Origin: Octopus sinensis
Taxonomy: Eukaryota
Reading direction: 5' to 3'
Length of the DNA: 64,000 nt
NCBI RefSeq assembly: GCF_006345805.1
Contig: NC_043016.1
Coordinates: 12,276,001 to 12,340,000, forward strand
A model generated the notes under the pieces. That model did no database searches and was not told the origin of the DNA. It saw only the letters and a program-made list of their open reading frames with translations. The translations under genes and the position numbers were made by a program. Each line of letters opens with the position of its first letter. The first letter of the stretch is position 1. This document shows positions 24,951-38,113 of the stretch, piece after piece.

Positions 24951-27900
24951 AATTCCTTGATTCTTGTCTCATGCATTATTCATTCGGAAACCTTTTGTAC
25001 TAAATAGTTTGCCTGAGATTTAAACAACTTTCTCATAGAATATTCTGTTCATTTACATGTAATTATTACTAAAAATAAAAGATGTATTTCAACTATAGTT
25101 ATGCTTTTTGAATCAGTATTTGCTTTTCTAGAATGGAATTGGTAACAGTGGAGTCAGACCTCACTAAGGAACCACCACTGCAACGACCAAACATTAGTAT
25201 ATCTACATATTTGTTGTCTGTGCTGGTGTCATGTAAAAAGCACCCAGTACACTCTATAAGGTGGTTGGCATTAGGAAGACCAGCCAGGTTGTAGAAACCA
25301 TGCCAGAACAGACAACTGGAACTAGGTGCAGCTCTCTGAACTGCCAGCTCCCATCAAACCATCAAACCCATGCCAGAATGGAAAATGGATGTTAAATGAT
25401 GGTGGTGGTGGTGGTGGTGAGGAGGGTAACAGTGGCAATGATTTGTTACAAACTATTATATTGCTATTATTGTTCCTTGTAATGTTGTCTTTCAAGTAAC
25501 CTGATCCCCAGGGCATCCAACTTCAGTAACAACTTAGGAGCCAAAACATGCAAAGGTGCTCAAAACAGAAACCCTTGGTTGTCCGTTTGTATGGTGGTAA
25601 AGAAATCCAGTTGGTGTCCCTTTATCTAGACCACAGGACAAATGCCACAGAACAATCAGTGATTCACTGCCTGAAGACAAGGCTCAAAGCAGTTACAGTT
25701 TTGACAGCAAAAATGTTTCAATATTCTTCCATAGTTACTGCTTTCAATTTATCTGATTTGGACAGACATCCACCACAACAAAATCTGAAGTCTATTTCCT
25801 CTGTGATGCTTCTTATGATATTAGTTGGGTCTGGCTAGATCTTCCAGGGATCATACAGGTTTGAGCATGTTAGATTATATCAAGAGCACAAACTGAATCT
25901 TGGACATATTCAGTAGGGCCTAAACTCATTTCCTATCTTACTGTTTTTCACACCATTTCTAACAGTGCTACTCTTCCCTAACTCACACAACTGGGAATCT
26001 TTTTAGTCAGCCCTTCCACTGCCAGTTGCAGTATACATTAACTGCAGTAAACAAGTTTGACATGATCAAAGAAAGTTTGATCACAGCTGCCCATATTTTA
26101 AAGACTGTTATCAGCCGTTTACACTTATTTCCCTCTTCTACTAAGAGTTGTGATGGGTTGGTGCAGGGATGGGGCAGATGCCAATGTCTACCATTTCCAG
26201 TTCACAAATCACGCAAGGACATGCTGCTGAAAATCACTTGGAATCAAATAGTGCATGTCCTTTGAAGTCTAGCTTTGTACTTATATTGTACTGTTGAGAA
26301 AGCATGTGGCTTAGGGGTTAAGGTATTCTGCTCATGATTGTAATGTCATGAGTTCAATATATGGTGGAATATTGTGTCCTTAAGCAAGACTCTTTATTTA
26401 TGATGCTCCAGTCTACTCAGACAGCAAAATAGAGTTGTTCCTGTAATTCAAAGGGCCTTTTCACATTCTGTGTCCAGCTGAATCTCCCTGAGAACTACAT
26501 TAAGGCTACACATGTCTATGGAATACTCAGCCACTTGCATGTTAATTTCACAAGCAGCTTGTACCATTGATCAGCTCACCTGGAACCCTTGTTATAACTG
26601 ACAGAGCACCAGCTTGTCACCAAGGCCTGCCTGCCGGTAAATTTTTGTGCCATTATGTAATTAACCTTTGAAACATAATTCTATTTACTGAACAAAATAT
26701 AAGCAATTAACTGTTATACAAATAGAATCATTAATTAGCTGTACATATCCAACTCACATGTGCAAATGTAGAAAGAAAAGTGAAACTTCAGACCTTGTGT
26801 CTATAGTAGAAAGGATTATAACGTCCATGGACATTTTCCAAAATCAAACATGCAAAATGAAGGAAAAAAGACAAAATGGTATTTTAATTGAGAAGATGAT
26901 CAAAATATGAAATTCAAATTATTATTACTTCCATTGATGGCAAACTGGCAGAATTATTACTACACTGAACAAAATGTTTGGTAGCATGTCTTCCAGCTTT
27001 ATGTCCTGAGTTCAAATTCCATTGAGAACAACTTTGCCTTTCATCCTTTCGGAGTCGATAAAATAAGTGTCTGGTGTTGGTATAATTAAAGAGCTTCCTC
27101 CTGCGAAACTTCAGACCTTGTGTCTATACTTCCATGGACATTTTCCAAAAACCAAACAAGCATAAATAAATCAGTTTATTTCTGACTCCAAAGTTAACAT
27201 GCAAAAAAAAAAAAAAAAAAAAAAAAAAAGACAGGTTTAATTGAAGATTAAGACCAGTTTCTGCCAGCTAGATAATTTCCTGTTGATTTCTTGTATTTTC
27301 TTATTATTTTGTTGATTTTCTCATATGAAATGATTATGTCTTTTTATTTGTGTTTAATGTCTTTCAAATTACTGAAACATCACCAATGCTTAGAAGGAGA
27401 ACTCTTATCAAATTAAGCAGATGTATTGTGTAATCCCTCTCACTTGTGTCAGCCATTGGACTGTGGCCATACTGGGGCACCTCCTTCGAGGGTTTTAGTT
27501 GAACAAACTGACCCCAATACTTATTTTAAGACAGATACTTATTATGTTGGTTTTTTGCTGAACCACTAAGTTATATGGACAAGTACACAAATTTTGTCTT
27601 AACACCTCAGTTTATTTTTGGTGAAGGCTCAGTTGTATGGTAAGACATTTTTTTGTCCCATTCACATGGGTCCAGGTTCAGTTCCACTGTGTGTCACCTT
27701 GGGAAAGTGTCTTCAACTACAGCCCCAGGCCAGGCAAAGCCTTATGAGTGGTCAGAAACTGAAAGAAGGTCATACACGTATTCATAGAAATATTTGTACA
27801 TACATCCATATGTGTGTGTGTGTATGTGTGTGCATGTGCATGTGTGTGTGTATGTGCATGTGTGTGCGTGTGTGTGCCATCATCATCATCTCCATAAATC

Positions 27901-28202
27901 AACATCGATTTTCCATGCTAGCATGACTTGGATGGTTTGACAGGAGTAAGCAAGCCAGAAGGCTGCACCAGGCTCAAGGTGACTGCTTTGGTTTGGTTTT
28001 CTATAGCTTGATGCCCTTCCTAATGCCAATCACTACTGAGTGTACTGGGTGCTTTTAATATGGTGCTGGCACCTGTTTGTGACTTTCTGTTTGTACTCCA
28101 CACCACCACTTGACAACTGGTGTTAGTTTGTTTATATCCCTGTAATTTGGCAGTTTAGCAAAAAGAGAACAATGGAACATGTATCAGGCTCCAAAAACAA
28201 AA

Positions 28203-30222
28203 AAAGATAAAAGATATACTGGGATTGATTTGTTCAACTAAAACCCTTCAAGGTGGTGCCCCAGCATGGCCAGAGTCCAATGACTGAAACAAGTAAAAGA
28301 TAAAAGATATACTGGGATTGATTTGTTCAACTAAAACCCTTCAAGGTGGTGCCCCAGCATGGCCACAGTCCAATGACTGAAACAAGTAAAAGATAAAAGA
28401 TATACTGGGATTGATTTGTTCAACTAAAACCCTTCAAGGTGGTGCCCCAGCATGGCCACAGTCCAATGACTGAAACAAGTAAAAGATAAAAGATATACTG
28501 GGATTGATTTGTTCAACTAAAACCCTTCAAGGTGGTGCCCCAGCATGGCCACAGTCCAATGACTGAAACAAGTAAAAGATAAAAGATATACTGGGATTGA
28601 TTTGTTCAAGTAAAACCCTTCAAGGTGGTGCCCCAGCATGGCCACAGTCCACTGACTGAAACAAGTAAAAGATAAAAGATATACTGGGATTGATTTGTTC
28701 AAGTAAAACCCTTCAAGGTGGTGCCCCAGCATGGCCACAGACCAATGACTGAAACAAGTAAAAGATAAAAGATATACTGGGATTGATTTGTTCAACTAAA
28801 ACCCTTCAAGGTGGTGCCCCAGCATGGCCACAGTCCACTGACTGAAACAAGTAAAAGATAAAAGATATACTGGGATTGATTTGTTCAACTAAAACCCTTC
28901 AAGGTGGTGCCCCAGCATGGCCACAGTCCAATGACTGAAACAAGTAAAAGATAAAAGATATACTGGGATTGATTTGTTCAACTAAAACCCTTCAAGGTGG
29001 TGCCCCAGCATGGCCACAGTCCACTGACTGAAACAAGTAAAAGATAAAAGATATACTGGGATTGATTTGTTCACTAAAACCCTTCAAGGTGGTGCCCCAG
29101 CATGGCCACAGTCCACTGACTGAAACAAGTAAAAGATAAAAGATATACTGGGATTGATTTGTTCAACTAAAACCCTTCAAGGTGGTGCCCCAGCATGGCC
29201 AGAGTCCAATGACTGAAACAAGTAAATGATAAAAGATATACTGGGATTGATTTGTTCAACTAAAACCCTTCAAGGTGGTGCCCCAGCATGGCACAGTCCA
29301 CTGACTGAAACAAGTAAAAGATAAAAGATATACTGGGATTGATTTGTTCAACTAAAACCCTTCAAGGTGGTGCCCCAGCATGGCCACAGTCCACTGACTG
29401 AAACAAGTAAAAGATAAAAGATATACTGGGATTGATTTGTTCAAGTAAAACCCTTCAAGGTGGTGCCCCAGCATGGCCAGAGTCCAATGACTGAAACAAG
29501 TAAATGATAAAAGATATACTGGGATTGATTTGTTCAACTAAAACCCTTCAAGGTGGTGCCCCAGCATGGCCACAGTCCACTGACTGAAACAAGTAAAAGA
29601 TAAAAGATATACTGGGATTGATTTGTTCAACTAAAACCCTTCAAGGTGGTGCCCCAGCATGGCCACAGTCCACTGACTGAAACAAGTAAATGATAAAAGA
29701 TATACTGGGATTGATTTGTTCAACTAAAACCCTTCAAGGTGGTGCCCCAGCATGGCCACAGTCCACTGACTGAAACAAGTAAAAGATAAAAGATATACTG
29801 GGATTGATTTGTTCAACTAAAACCCTTCAAGGTGGTGCCCCAGCATGGCCACAGTCCAATGACTGAAACAAGTAAATGATAAAAGATATACTGGGATTGA
29901 TTTGTTCAACTAAAACCCTTCAAGGTGGTGCCCCAGCATGGCCACAGTCCAATGACTGAAACAAGTAAAAGATAAAAGATATACTGGGATTGATTTGTTC
30001 AACTAAAACCCTTCAAGGTGGTGCCCCAGCATGGCCACAGTCCAATGACTGAAACAAGTAAATGATAAAAGATATACTGGGATTGATTTGTTCAACTAAA
30101 ACCCTTCAAGGTGGTGCCCCAGCATGGCCAGAGTCCAATGACTGAAACAAGTAAATGATAAAAGATATACTGGGATTGATTTGTTCAACTAAAACCCTTC
30201 AAGGTGGTGCCCAGCAAGGCCA
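28203..30222 (+). repeat. 93-bp-unit minisatellite (~21.7 copies) derived from the 3' end of a family-B SINE
   Basis: Unit aaagatatactgggattgatttgttcaactaaaacccttcaaggtggtgccccagcatggccacagtccaatgactgaaacaagtaaaagata; 22 unit starts counted; the SINE body lies upstream at ~28095-28200. Confidence 0.95.
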
Positions 30223-31282
30223 TGACTTTGCCTTTCACCCTTTCGGGGTCGATTAAATAAGTACCAGTTACGCACTGGGGTCGATGTAATCAACTTAATC
30301 CCTTTGTCTGTTCTTACTTGTTCCCTCTATGTTTATTCCCCCCCATGAGCAATAAAGAAATAAATATCTTCAGTTATAAACAAGAATCTACTACAATATT
30401 ATTCCTGTTTTTTCAGTCACAACATATGAGTGAGAAAGGAAGAGATGATAGGTGAATAAGGAAGGGAGGGGTGATGGCAAACTTAGTAGTGGGATGATGG
30501 AAATTCTATGGTGAAAAGGCAAAAAAATCAAACAGTGTTTCAACTCTGTGTGAGTATATGTGTGTATATGTAAAGGAGAGGTGTGTGAATGTTTGTGTGT
30601 GTGTGCGTGCAATGGAAGTGGGATGGTGAACATTCAATGCCGAAAAGAAAAATCAAACTGCATTTCAACTCTGTGTGAGTATATGTGTGTGTGTGTGTGT
30701 GTGTACAAGGTAAGTGTGTGAATGTATGTGTGAACCAGCATTCTTTCAGTAACAAACGATGGTTGATATCACATCTCAAAATACAACCACGAGATAGCAT
30801 TGACAAGTGTATTAGTTTGAATTACTATCCATATTCTATCTTTTGTCCTATTAATATATAAAATATTACAATTAGCCATCATTTTTAATGGCGCAGGGCC
30901 AGCTAGTGATATATGTTGAGCCAACAAGATAGCTTCTGTGTAGTCACTTGGCCAGTTAGAAATAGTAGCTAAATTTCATTCAAATTCTACTCTCCTGTTG
31001 TAAAGAATGACAGGACACATTGCATAATGTGGTCAAGGATGATCACATTATGAATTAAACTAAATGAGAGATTCCCTGATTAAAAAGAGGATAGTTCCAA
31101 ATTACCACTAATGGTTGAAGTACCAGTCTTAATTTACATATATTGGTATCAAGCCTCCAAATGTAAGTTCATTCTGGTTCATTACAGTTATTATATCATT
31201 TCCTTTAGCAGACATATCCGATAACGAATCAAGGACAAACAGGCTGCAGAAATAGTCCGTTATATCAAGTACCAACATATAC

Positions 31283-31363
31283 CTCTGTTGCGTCTTTTGT
31301 AAAACACTTTTATGTTTCCAAATTTTTCTACCTCTATTTATCAAGTCACTAAGTTTAATCTTT
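31283..31363 (-). CDS. Candidate 81-nt phase-2 exon of an unknown gene
   Basis: cccctttacacag|...cagag|gtatat; only the phase-2 frame is open (KIKLSDLINRGRKIWKHKSVLQKTQQ). Confidence 0.3.
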
Positions 31364-32695
31364 CTGTGTAAAGGGGTGCAACTCAAAACGAACATGGACA
31401 TAGGCCTCCTCCTCTTCCCCCACATTATCCCCATCCCCATCATTTCTCCTCCTCCATTTCCACGTTCAAGTGTTAAGCGTGATTGTACGCACATAAGTAT
31501 GTTTGCGTGTATGCGTGCGTGCATGCACGTGTATGTGTGTGTGTGTGTGTGATCTTCATATCAAGTGATAGATGTAAATGAGTGACACTCTAATACAAGC
31601 AGTGTCATTAATTTCCAGTCTTTGGTAAAAACATGTCTGATTATGTGGAAATATTTAATTGTTTGGAAATAAGTGAGGATTAGTAATAGGAAGGTCGGTC
31701 ATTTGGCCATAGAAAATCTGCCTTTACAAGTTCCATCCGATCCATGCAAACGTGGAAAAATGGACATAAAAATAAATCACCATTGCTGTCATCACCAATA
31801 AAGAGGTTTGGGAAGGGCAATTCAGGTTCTTCAAGGAAAGAGAAAGGGTTTCCATCTTTTGGTTTAAAATTTCAAATCATTAAAACTTAGATGTTTTCTA
31901 CAATCAAAGAAAGTAAAAAGTTGAAATGCAAGAAAAAAGATATTTGAATTTTTAAAATTTCAAAAAAAATGAAATCGAAATTTTATTAAAACTAGAATTA
32001 AAAAGAAAAAAACTATATTTACTTTGAATCAGTAAAAAAAAAAAACAACATTATATTTAATTTGAATCAGAGCTAAAAATAGGCATATTTTTTTTTTATT
32101 TAAAAAGTTAAATTACCATTTTAGAGAGATCTGCAATTATAATTTATTGACTATTACCTAATTCTACGAAATCAAAATAAAGATAAAAAAAAAAGAAAAA
32201 GGAACAAATATAAGAAGCAAATAATTATTGATCAAAAATTTTGTTCCTGGTTTTGAGATGTATTTATTGTGGAAGAATATGCATCTGTTGTTGTTGTTGT
32301 TGCTTAGATCCAGATCTAAAAGATCTGTGATCAAGAAGCACCCCAGTTGTAACCGATCAAGTTGTTTAAGGATAAGGGATATTTAGGCTGAAGTCACCTA
32401 ATCTGTTTACTCTTTATTTAAAATGGTAAGGAATTATTTTAAGATCTGGCTGCTATGTCTAGCAAGTTGGGCAACCACTTAGAGGCTCTGGCATTGGCTT
32501 GTAACAGAACATGTTGCTGTTATTTAACCCCAGGCTAACCCTGACTGAGCAGTTCCTATGATCATCCAGTCTGTTTAAACGTTATGTCATTTCCTAATGT
32601 AAAGAATTTATCCAAAGAAGATCAGGCTTCTATTTTTAGCAGGTCGAGTATGCATGCAGAGTCTCATTTGTTGGCATTGGTGTTCATTGAAATAC

Positions 32696-32752
32696 CTTGT
32701 AGCAAACAGATGCAACGTTGTCTGCAGTTGCTGCATCCAAGTGCTGCAGTGA
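32696..32752 (-). CDS. Candidate 57-nt (or 48-nt) exon of an unknown gene
   Basis: Long pyrimidine tract ttctcttttcttcctcttttcatcc..aag| and donor tacaag|gtattt; the phase-2 frame HCSTWMQQLQTTLHLFAT joins 31283-31363 in frame. Confidence 0.3.
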
Positions 32753-33899
32753 CTTGGGTTTGGATGAAAAGAGGAAGAAAAGAGAACATAAGGTAATCAA
32801 TACGAGAAATCGGTGAAGAAACACACACACACACACACACACACATAAGTACTCAGTTATGCACATGCAGCCACACACACATACACATACAGCCACATGC
32901 AGATGCACACACATATATAAGTAAACATGCACACAATCACACTTTTACATTTATACATGCACACAGAAATAAAAATAATATATATATATATAAATTATGT
33001 AAAAATTTTTATTTTCCAGAAAGAGGAAATTAGATAGAAAAACGGTTCAAATTATTTATATTAGACTGTTTGCTATGAAAATTTTGATTATGAAAATCAA
33101 TACATCGAAATATGCTTTTTTATCTTTGACTTCTTTTTCTTTTTTCTTTTTTCTTATCCCCCTTTTTTTTTATTGGGAATGAGAGTACATAAAGAACATT
33201 ATGTTTTTGTGAGCAAAATTTAAGCAGAAACAGTAAACAGCATGAGTAAAATAAAGCCTTTTTCGTTTACTATTATAATTCAATTTAAGGTTGTGAGCCA
33301 GCAGAATCATTAGAGCATTGTACAAAATGCTTTGTGGTAACGTTTTCAGTTCTTTTGTTCCTGAGTTCAAATCCTCCCAAGGTCAGCGTTGTCTTTCGTC
33401 TTCTCAGGGTGGATAAAAAAAAAGTACCAGTCCAGTACTGGGGTCAGTGGTAATCACTTATCCACCCATACCAACCTTAAAACTACCATTCTCATGCCTA
33501 AATAAGAATCCATTATAAGTCCATACATATTTTGCATGCTGTGTAAGAATATTAAATTAACTCTGGTTCTTGACCCAGTGGAATGGAAGCAAAGTTAACC
33601 TTGGTAGGTTTCATTAAGAATATAATGGGCATTGTCTCAATAATGTTGGTAATTAGGATGATGCTCTCACAGGTCAGATGTCAATTTAATCACCAAATCT
33701 CCTCTCCTCAAAATTTGTGGTCTTATGTTGTGCATCTGACAAAATCTAAAAAAGCAGTTCTCAACAGTGACTCCCAGGGCCGCATGTGGCCCTCAAACAT
33801 CCTTCAAGCAGCCCTTGACGGTCTTCCCTCTGTAAATATAAATTCTTCTTTGATTGACTTGTATTTTACATTTTTTCGTGCTGCTCCCTTAAAAAATAT

Positions 33900-34700
33900 T
33901 GGTTTTGGATCTGGTCTGGAGAACAGAGTCAAATGCTTTCCTATGATCAAGCCTTGTTGCTACAAGGTTTTACAGTAATTTCTTACTTCAGGCAACATAA
34001 CTTTGTTTACTAAAAATTGCTTGGAATATCCCCAGACTTCCTTCTTTCCATCTGTCTGCTTACCAGTCACTGTGTTGTTGAACTCACTATGATTCTAGAG
34101 AAATTGGTTGAGACAGATTGTGCACAGCTTGTACATAATGTTTAGGGAAGCATTGGGTTCATAGTTTCCTGCTAGCTCAGTGATTTTATTTTTGGCTGCA
34201 AGATTCATCTGTGCTATAGGAATGTCAGTCTGGCTTTCCATAGCCTTTTGAGTATACATACTGGCTTCAGATCTTAGCATAAGTTCAGGTGAAGGGGTAC
34301 ATTGATTATATCAATGCCAGTGCATGATTGGTACATATTTTATTGACCCTGAATGAATGAGGGGCAAATTCAATTTCAGTGGAATTTGAACTCAGAATGT
34401 AGAGACAGATGAAATGCCACAAAGCATCTTGCCAGGCATGCAAGCAATTCTGCCTTCTTTTGAATATGCATAGGCATTCTGTAGGTTTTATACCAGTACC
34501 CAACTGTTAGTCTCTTCCTGGTGCCTTTCCATTATGTATCTTGCCTTCAGCTATGGTGAAAGTTTCAGAGCCAAATGTGTATGTTTTCTGTTGATATTGG
34601 TACATTACTCTGGTTGATGTTAAAATGATGCATTCTGGCTGAGATATCTCTGCTTGTTTCATTCCAGATCTTAGACCAGAATGATCCAAGATCATTAGAA
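33900..34700 (-). pseudogene. R4/Dong-clade RT N-terminal fragment, interrupted by a SINE (~34340-34460)
   Basis: NGKAPGRD, GNYEPNASLNIMYKLCTICLNQFL, QTDGKKEVWGYSKQFLVNK and LDHRKAFDSV in the expected order. Confidence 0.75.
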
Positions 34701-34770
34701 GGGGCTGTCTTGATGATAGTATATTTCTTAATGGTTATAAGCATTTAAATATATATGTATGTATGTATGT

Positions 34771-35271
34771 ATGGTTGGGTCGTCGGCAACTAAACCGGCA
34801 ACCCTACCAAGCTTGTTTGGTGAGGAGGGTGTTTATTGGACACCCTGCGGGATGAAAAACAAAACCCGTCAAAGGGTGGAGGAACTCTTGAGAGTCAACG
34901 ACCATCCAATAAATGCCTTAAGGCTGTATCATGCGCGGGGACATAGAAATAATCGGACTGAATACCTGATTGCGCGGTTAAACCATTGGGAGTGAAGGAC
35001 TCCTAGCCTTTGTTAGGGCATCCTTCTAGGAGAGGGTAATTCAGGTAACTGGGATAACTCCGACATAAAACCTGCGGCTCAGTGGTTACCGATGATGTTG
35101 ACTTGTTCTTCTTTTCGGATTATGACTGCTGTTGTTTAGTGAGTGGGATTGACTCAGTGCACAGCCTTTCCTCACTTAACAAAAACTCTTCTTGCACAGG
35201 CATTGCACGATAACAACATTGATTAAGCTTCGTGCAATAGCCATACTCGATAACGAGGGGGCAGCCACCAT
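34771..35271 (+). mobile_element. 501-bp non-autonomous retroposon-like repeat with (GTAT)n tail, copy 1
   Basis: High identity to the reverse complement of 38114-38614. Confidence 0.75.
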
Positions 35272-35289
35272 GTATGTATGTATATGTAA

Positions 35290-35815
35290 TTATTGAGTTT
35301 TATTTCAAGCTATCTTGCCAATAGAGCAAGAGCCATTTTCTAACCTTGATCCAAAGCTCTAACATTGGAATTTCGACAACATCAACAATGTATTTTTTAT
35401 GTATGTGTGTATGTATGTAAATGTGCAGTATTTGGAGTCAGTGCATGTGCAGATGTGTATGTTTCGTTTTATGTATGTATAATCATGCATATATTTGCAT
35501 ATCTAGACATACACATATATACTTAAATGATAAACCTCTGGAAAGTTTCGCAGATTTGTACAGTTCCAGTGATGGCTTGGATCTGTAGTCTTCCAATTAG
35601 CTTTCTCCTTTCTGGTTTGGAGAAGCCTAATTTCTCAAGATTGGTACTTAGACACTGTGCCCCAATAGTTACAGGTATAAATCTGAACTTGTGATCTGGG
35701 TAGAGTAACTGTAGATTTCTCAATAGTTCAGTGTAGGTATTTTCTTTTTCGTTGGTCTTTAGCTTTATATTAACATCTGCTGAACAGCTGGTATCTCTTT
35801 CCCAAATCACTATGT
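35290..35815 (-). pseudogene. R4/Dong-clade 3' end: restriction-like endonuclease tail and 3' UTR
   Basis: ORF 35523-35810: DVNIKLKTNEKENTYTELLRNLQLLYPDHKFRFIPVTIGA (EK..Y..L and PxxIGA pattern of the RLE domain). Confidence 0.7.
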
Positions 35816-37108
35816 CAGCCTATTATTTATACATGTGTGTGTGTGAAATCAATCGCATAACCGATTATTAACAATTAGTTTATCTTTCATTTTGATCCAA
35901 TGCCGTTTGTTTTTGTTCGTCAACTCATGTGTATTAAGTTCGAAAGATCGCCAATTCTACTTAAATGCACATACATATATATATATATCTATAAACATAG
36001 TATATGTAAACGAACCAAATAGAAACTTTTGCACGTTCGTTCCATCTGCTGCAAATAGTAGTCATCATCTTTTTTATTTCACACACTACGGTCTATAAAT
36101 TAAAAAAAAGAAAGGAAGAAATTATGCATCTAGGATACTGTAGTCCTGGAAACATTTTATAACATTAAACAAATATAGGGCGCTCACGACTTGACTAATT
36201 CTGCTCATTCAGGCCTGACATGGAGTTAAACAATAACACATGTATGCAACAATGAAAACAGAAGTTAACAGAAGTCTAGATAATAACGTATGCGTATGCA
36301 TTGACGATTTCAGTCAATCGTGATTTCTATGTTCTCACGAATGAAAGCTGCAGATGCAGCCAGAGTGACCATTATATTGCAGTAAATAATACGATAAAAT
36401 GATTAAATATGCATTAGCTATTGCGGTATAAATTTCGCCTCTGTTATTGTTATCTAGAGCGTATGCTTGCTTGACACTCATTTCATAATCAATGGATTTA
36501 TGCAAATGAGCTAACTAACAAAATGAGCAATGTAGGTCAGCAGCAACGATCCCGTACTGGATCGACTTGTATCAAGGAATAACATGTGCTATCTTCTATC
36601 CACTCATCTCTCTCTCTCTTTCTCTGCCCCTTTCTTTCTCTTTCTCTCTGTCACTCAGTCATTCTTTCTCTCTCTTTCTCTTTGTCTCTCTCTCTGTTTC
36701 TCCCGCCCTATGTTTCTAGATCCTTCTACACTGAAGCCAAGTACTGAGTAGCACTCATTTGGGGTATGATTTATCGATCCATATGGTAAATTGTCTATCA
36801 TAGAAAACGAAAGTAGAATTCATTTCGTATTTCTTTTTTCTTAGCTTCCATTTTCAGCCACTGTTCCTATACTTAAACAATATTGAAATATCGTACATCA
36901 TATAGCTGGTCCTCCACATTTTCCGATCCAAATTTCATCAATCAGATACTTGAGGTTTTGTTTAAGACCAGTTCAACCTTGAACAAGCCAATATATCATC
37001 AAAGCCATTCCAGCTGTGACCACTGCTACTAGTGTATCAGAACTACATTGTTCTTTCATCTATGCGTCATTGCTTGCATGTATGTGTGCGCTCGCGCGTG
37101 CATATACA

Positions 37109-37141
<33 letters not shown>

Positions 37142-38113
37142 ATGTGTTTGTGTGTATGTGTGTGTGTATGTGTACTTTAATCATTTCAAATCGGTGGAAG
37201 TCACAAAGTGACTCCGGGGCCGAGAGTTTCCTACATTACCAATGAGTCTGCCGTGCATGTTTGTATATATGCAAAAGCATGCCTGCATGTATGTATGTAC
37301 GTATCCAGTGGGGGTCTCGTTCGGAAGTTCCAGGATTTTGAGGAGTGTGAGACCAATTCTTTACCACTATCATTTCCAGGTCTATTGTGGCCTAGACTAG
37401 TAGCCTCCGTCAGGATCCCAGCTATGGGTTGACTAGCAGATGAGATGACGATCCGTCTGAGCAGATGTAATGATCCATCAGGATACGTAGTCAAACCACC
37501 TGGAGTGAGGGACCCCTAACTGTTATCACAACATCTTTTCAGGAGAGAGACAGACACTCTGATGTAAAAACCTGCAGTTTCACATGGCCACAAATCATCT
37601 CGCTTTGGCCTGTCTCTCTAAGGACTAGTCACAGAGACTCAGACAGTGGTACTCGTGTCGCATAAGTGCTTATCACTACAATCCAATGACGTACAGATGT
37701 CTCTTTATGGTGACCTCATTTGTCATTCCATCTACTGAAAGTCGTATGGCAATGCATGCACGTGTGCAGACCGAACCACTTGGAGGAAGTGTTCAGTAAG
37801 TTACAACTTCCGTCGTCTGTCACCTATGCTTCAAACCATACAGACCTGAAGTGAGACTGAATAGTCATGTGTGAAGCCATGGACAGAAAGTCAGAAATGC
37901 CACTGACAATGAAGAAGCACAAGGAGACGGTAATTATCTGTGAAGATGAAGCAATCATCATAAATGTGTGTGAGTGTGTGTGCATGTGTAATGTGCAATG
38001 TGCGCGTGTGTATGCGTATACATGTATTCACTTACACATACACATATATGTACTTGTATGTATTTGTTTATATATACCTATACACATACATACATACATG
38101 CATACATACATAC

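Noticed and set aside
25500-26250. Possible L1/Tx1-like coding remnant on the minus strand
   Set aside because: Too degenerate; no diagnostic motif could be confirmed by eye
28203-30222. CRISPR-like appearance, and repeated ORFs (MNKSIPVYLLSF..) in the array
   Set aside because: No unique spacers and no cas genes; the unit is a SINE tail in eukaryotic DNA, and the ORFs are antisense by-products of a 93-bp (31-codon) unit
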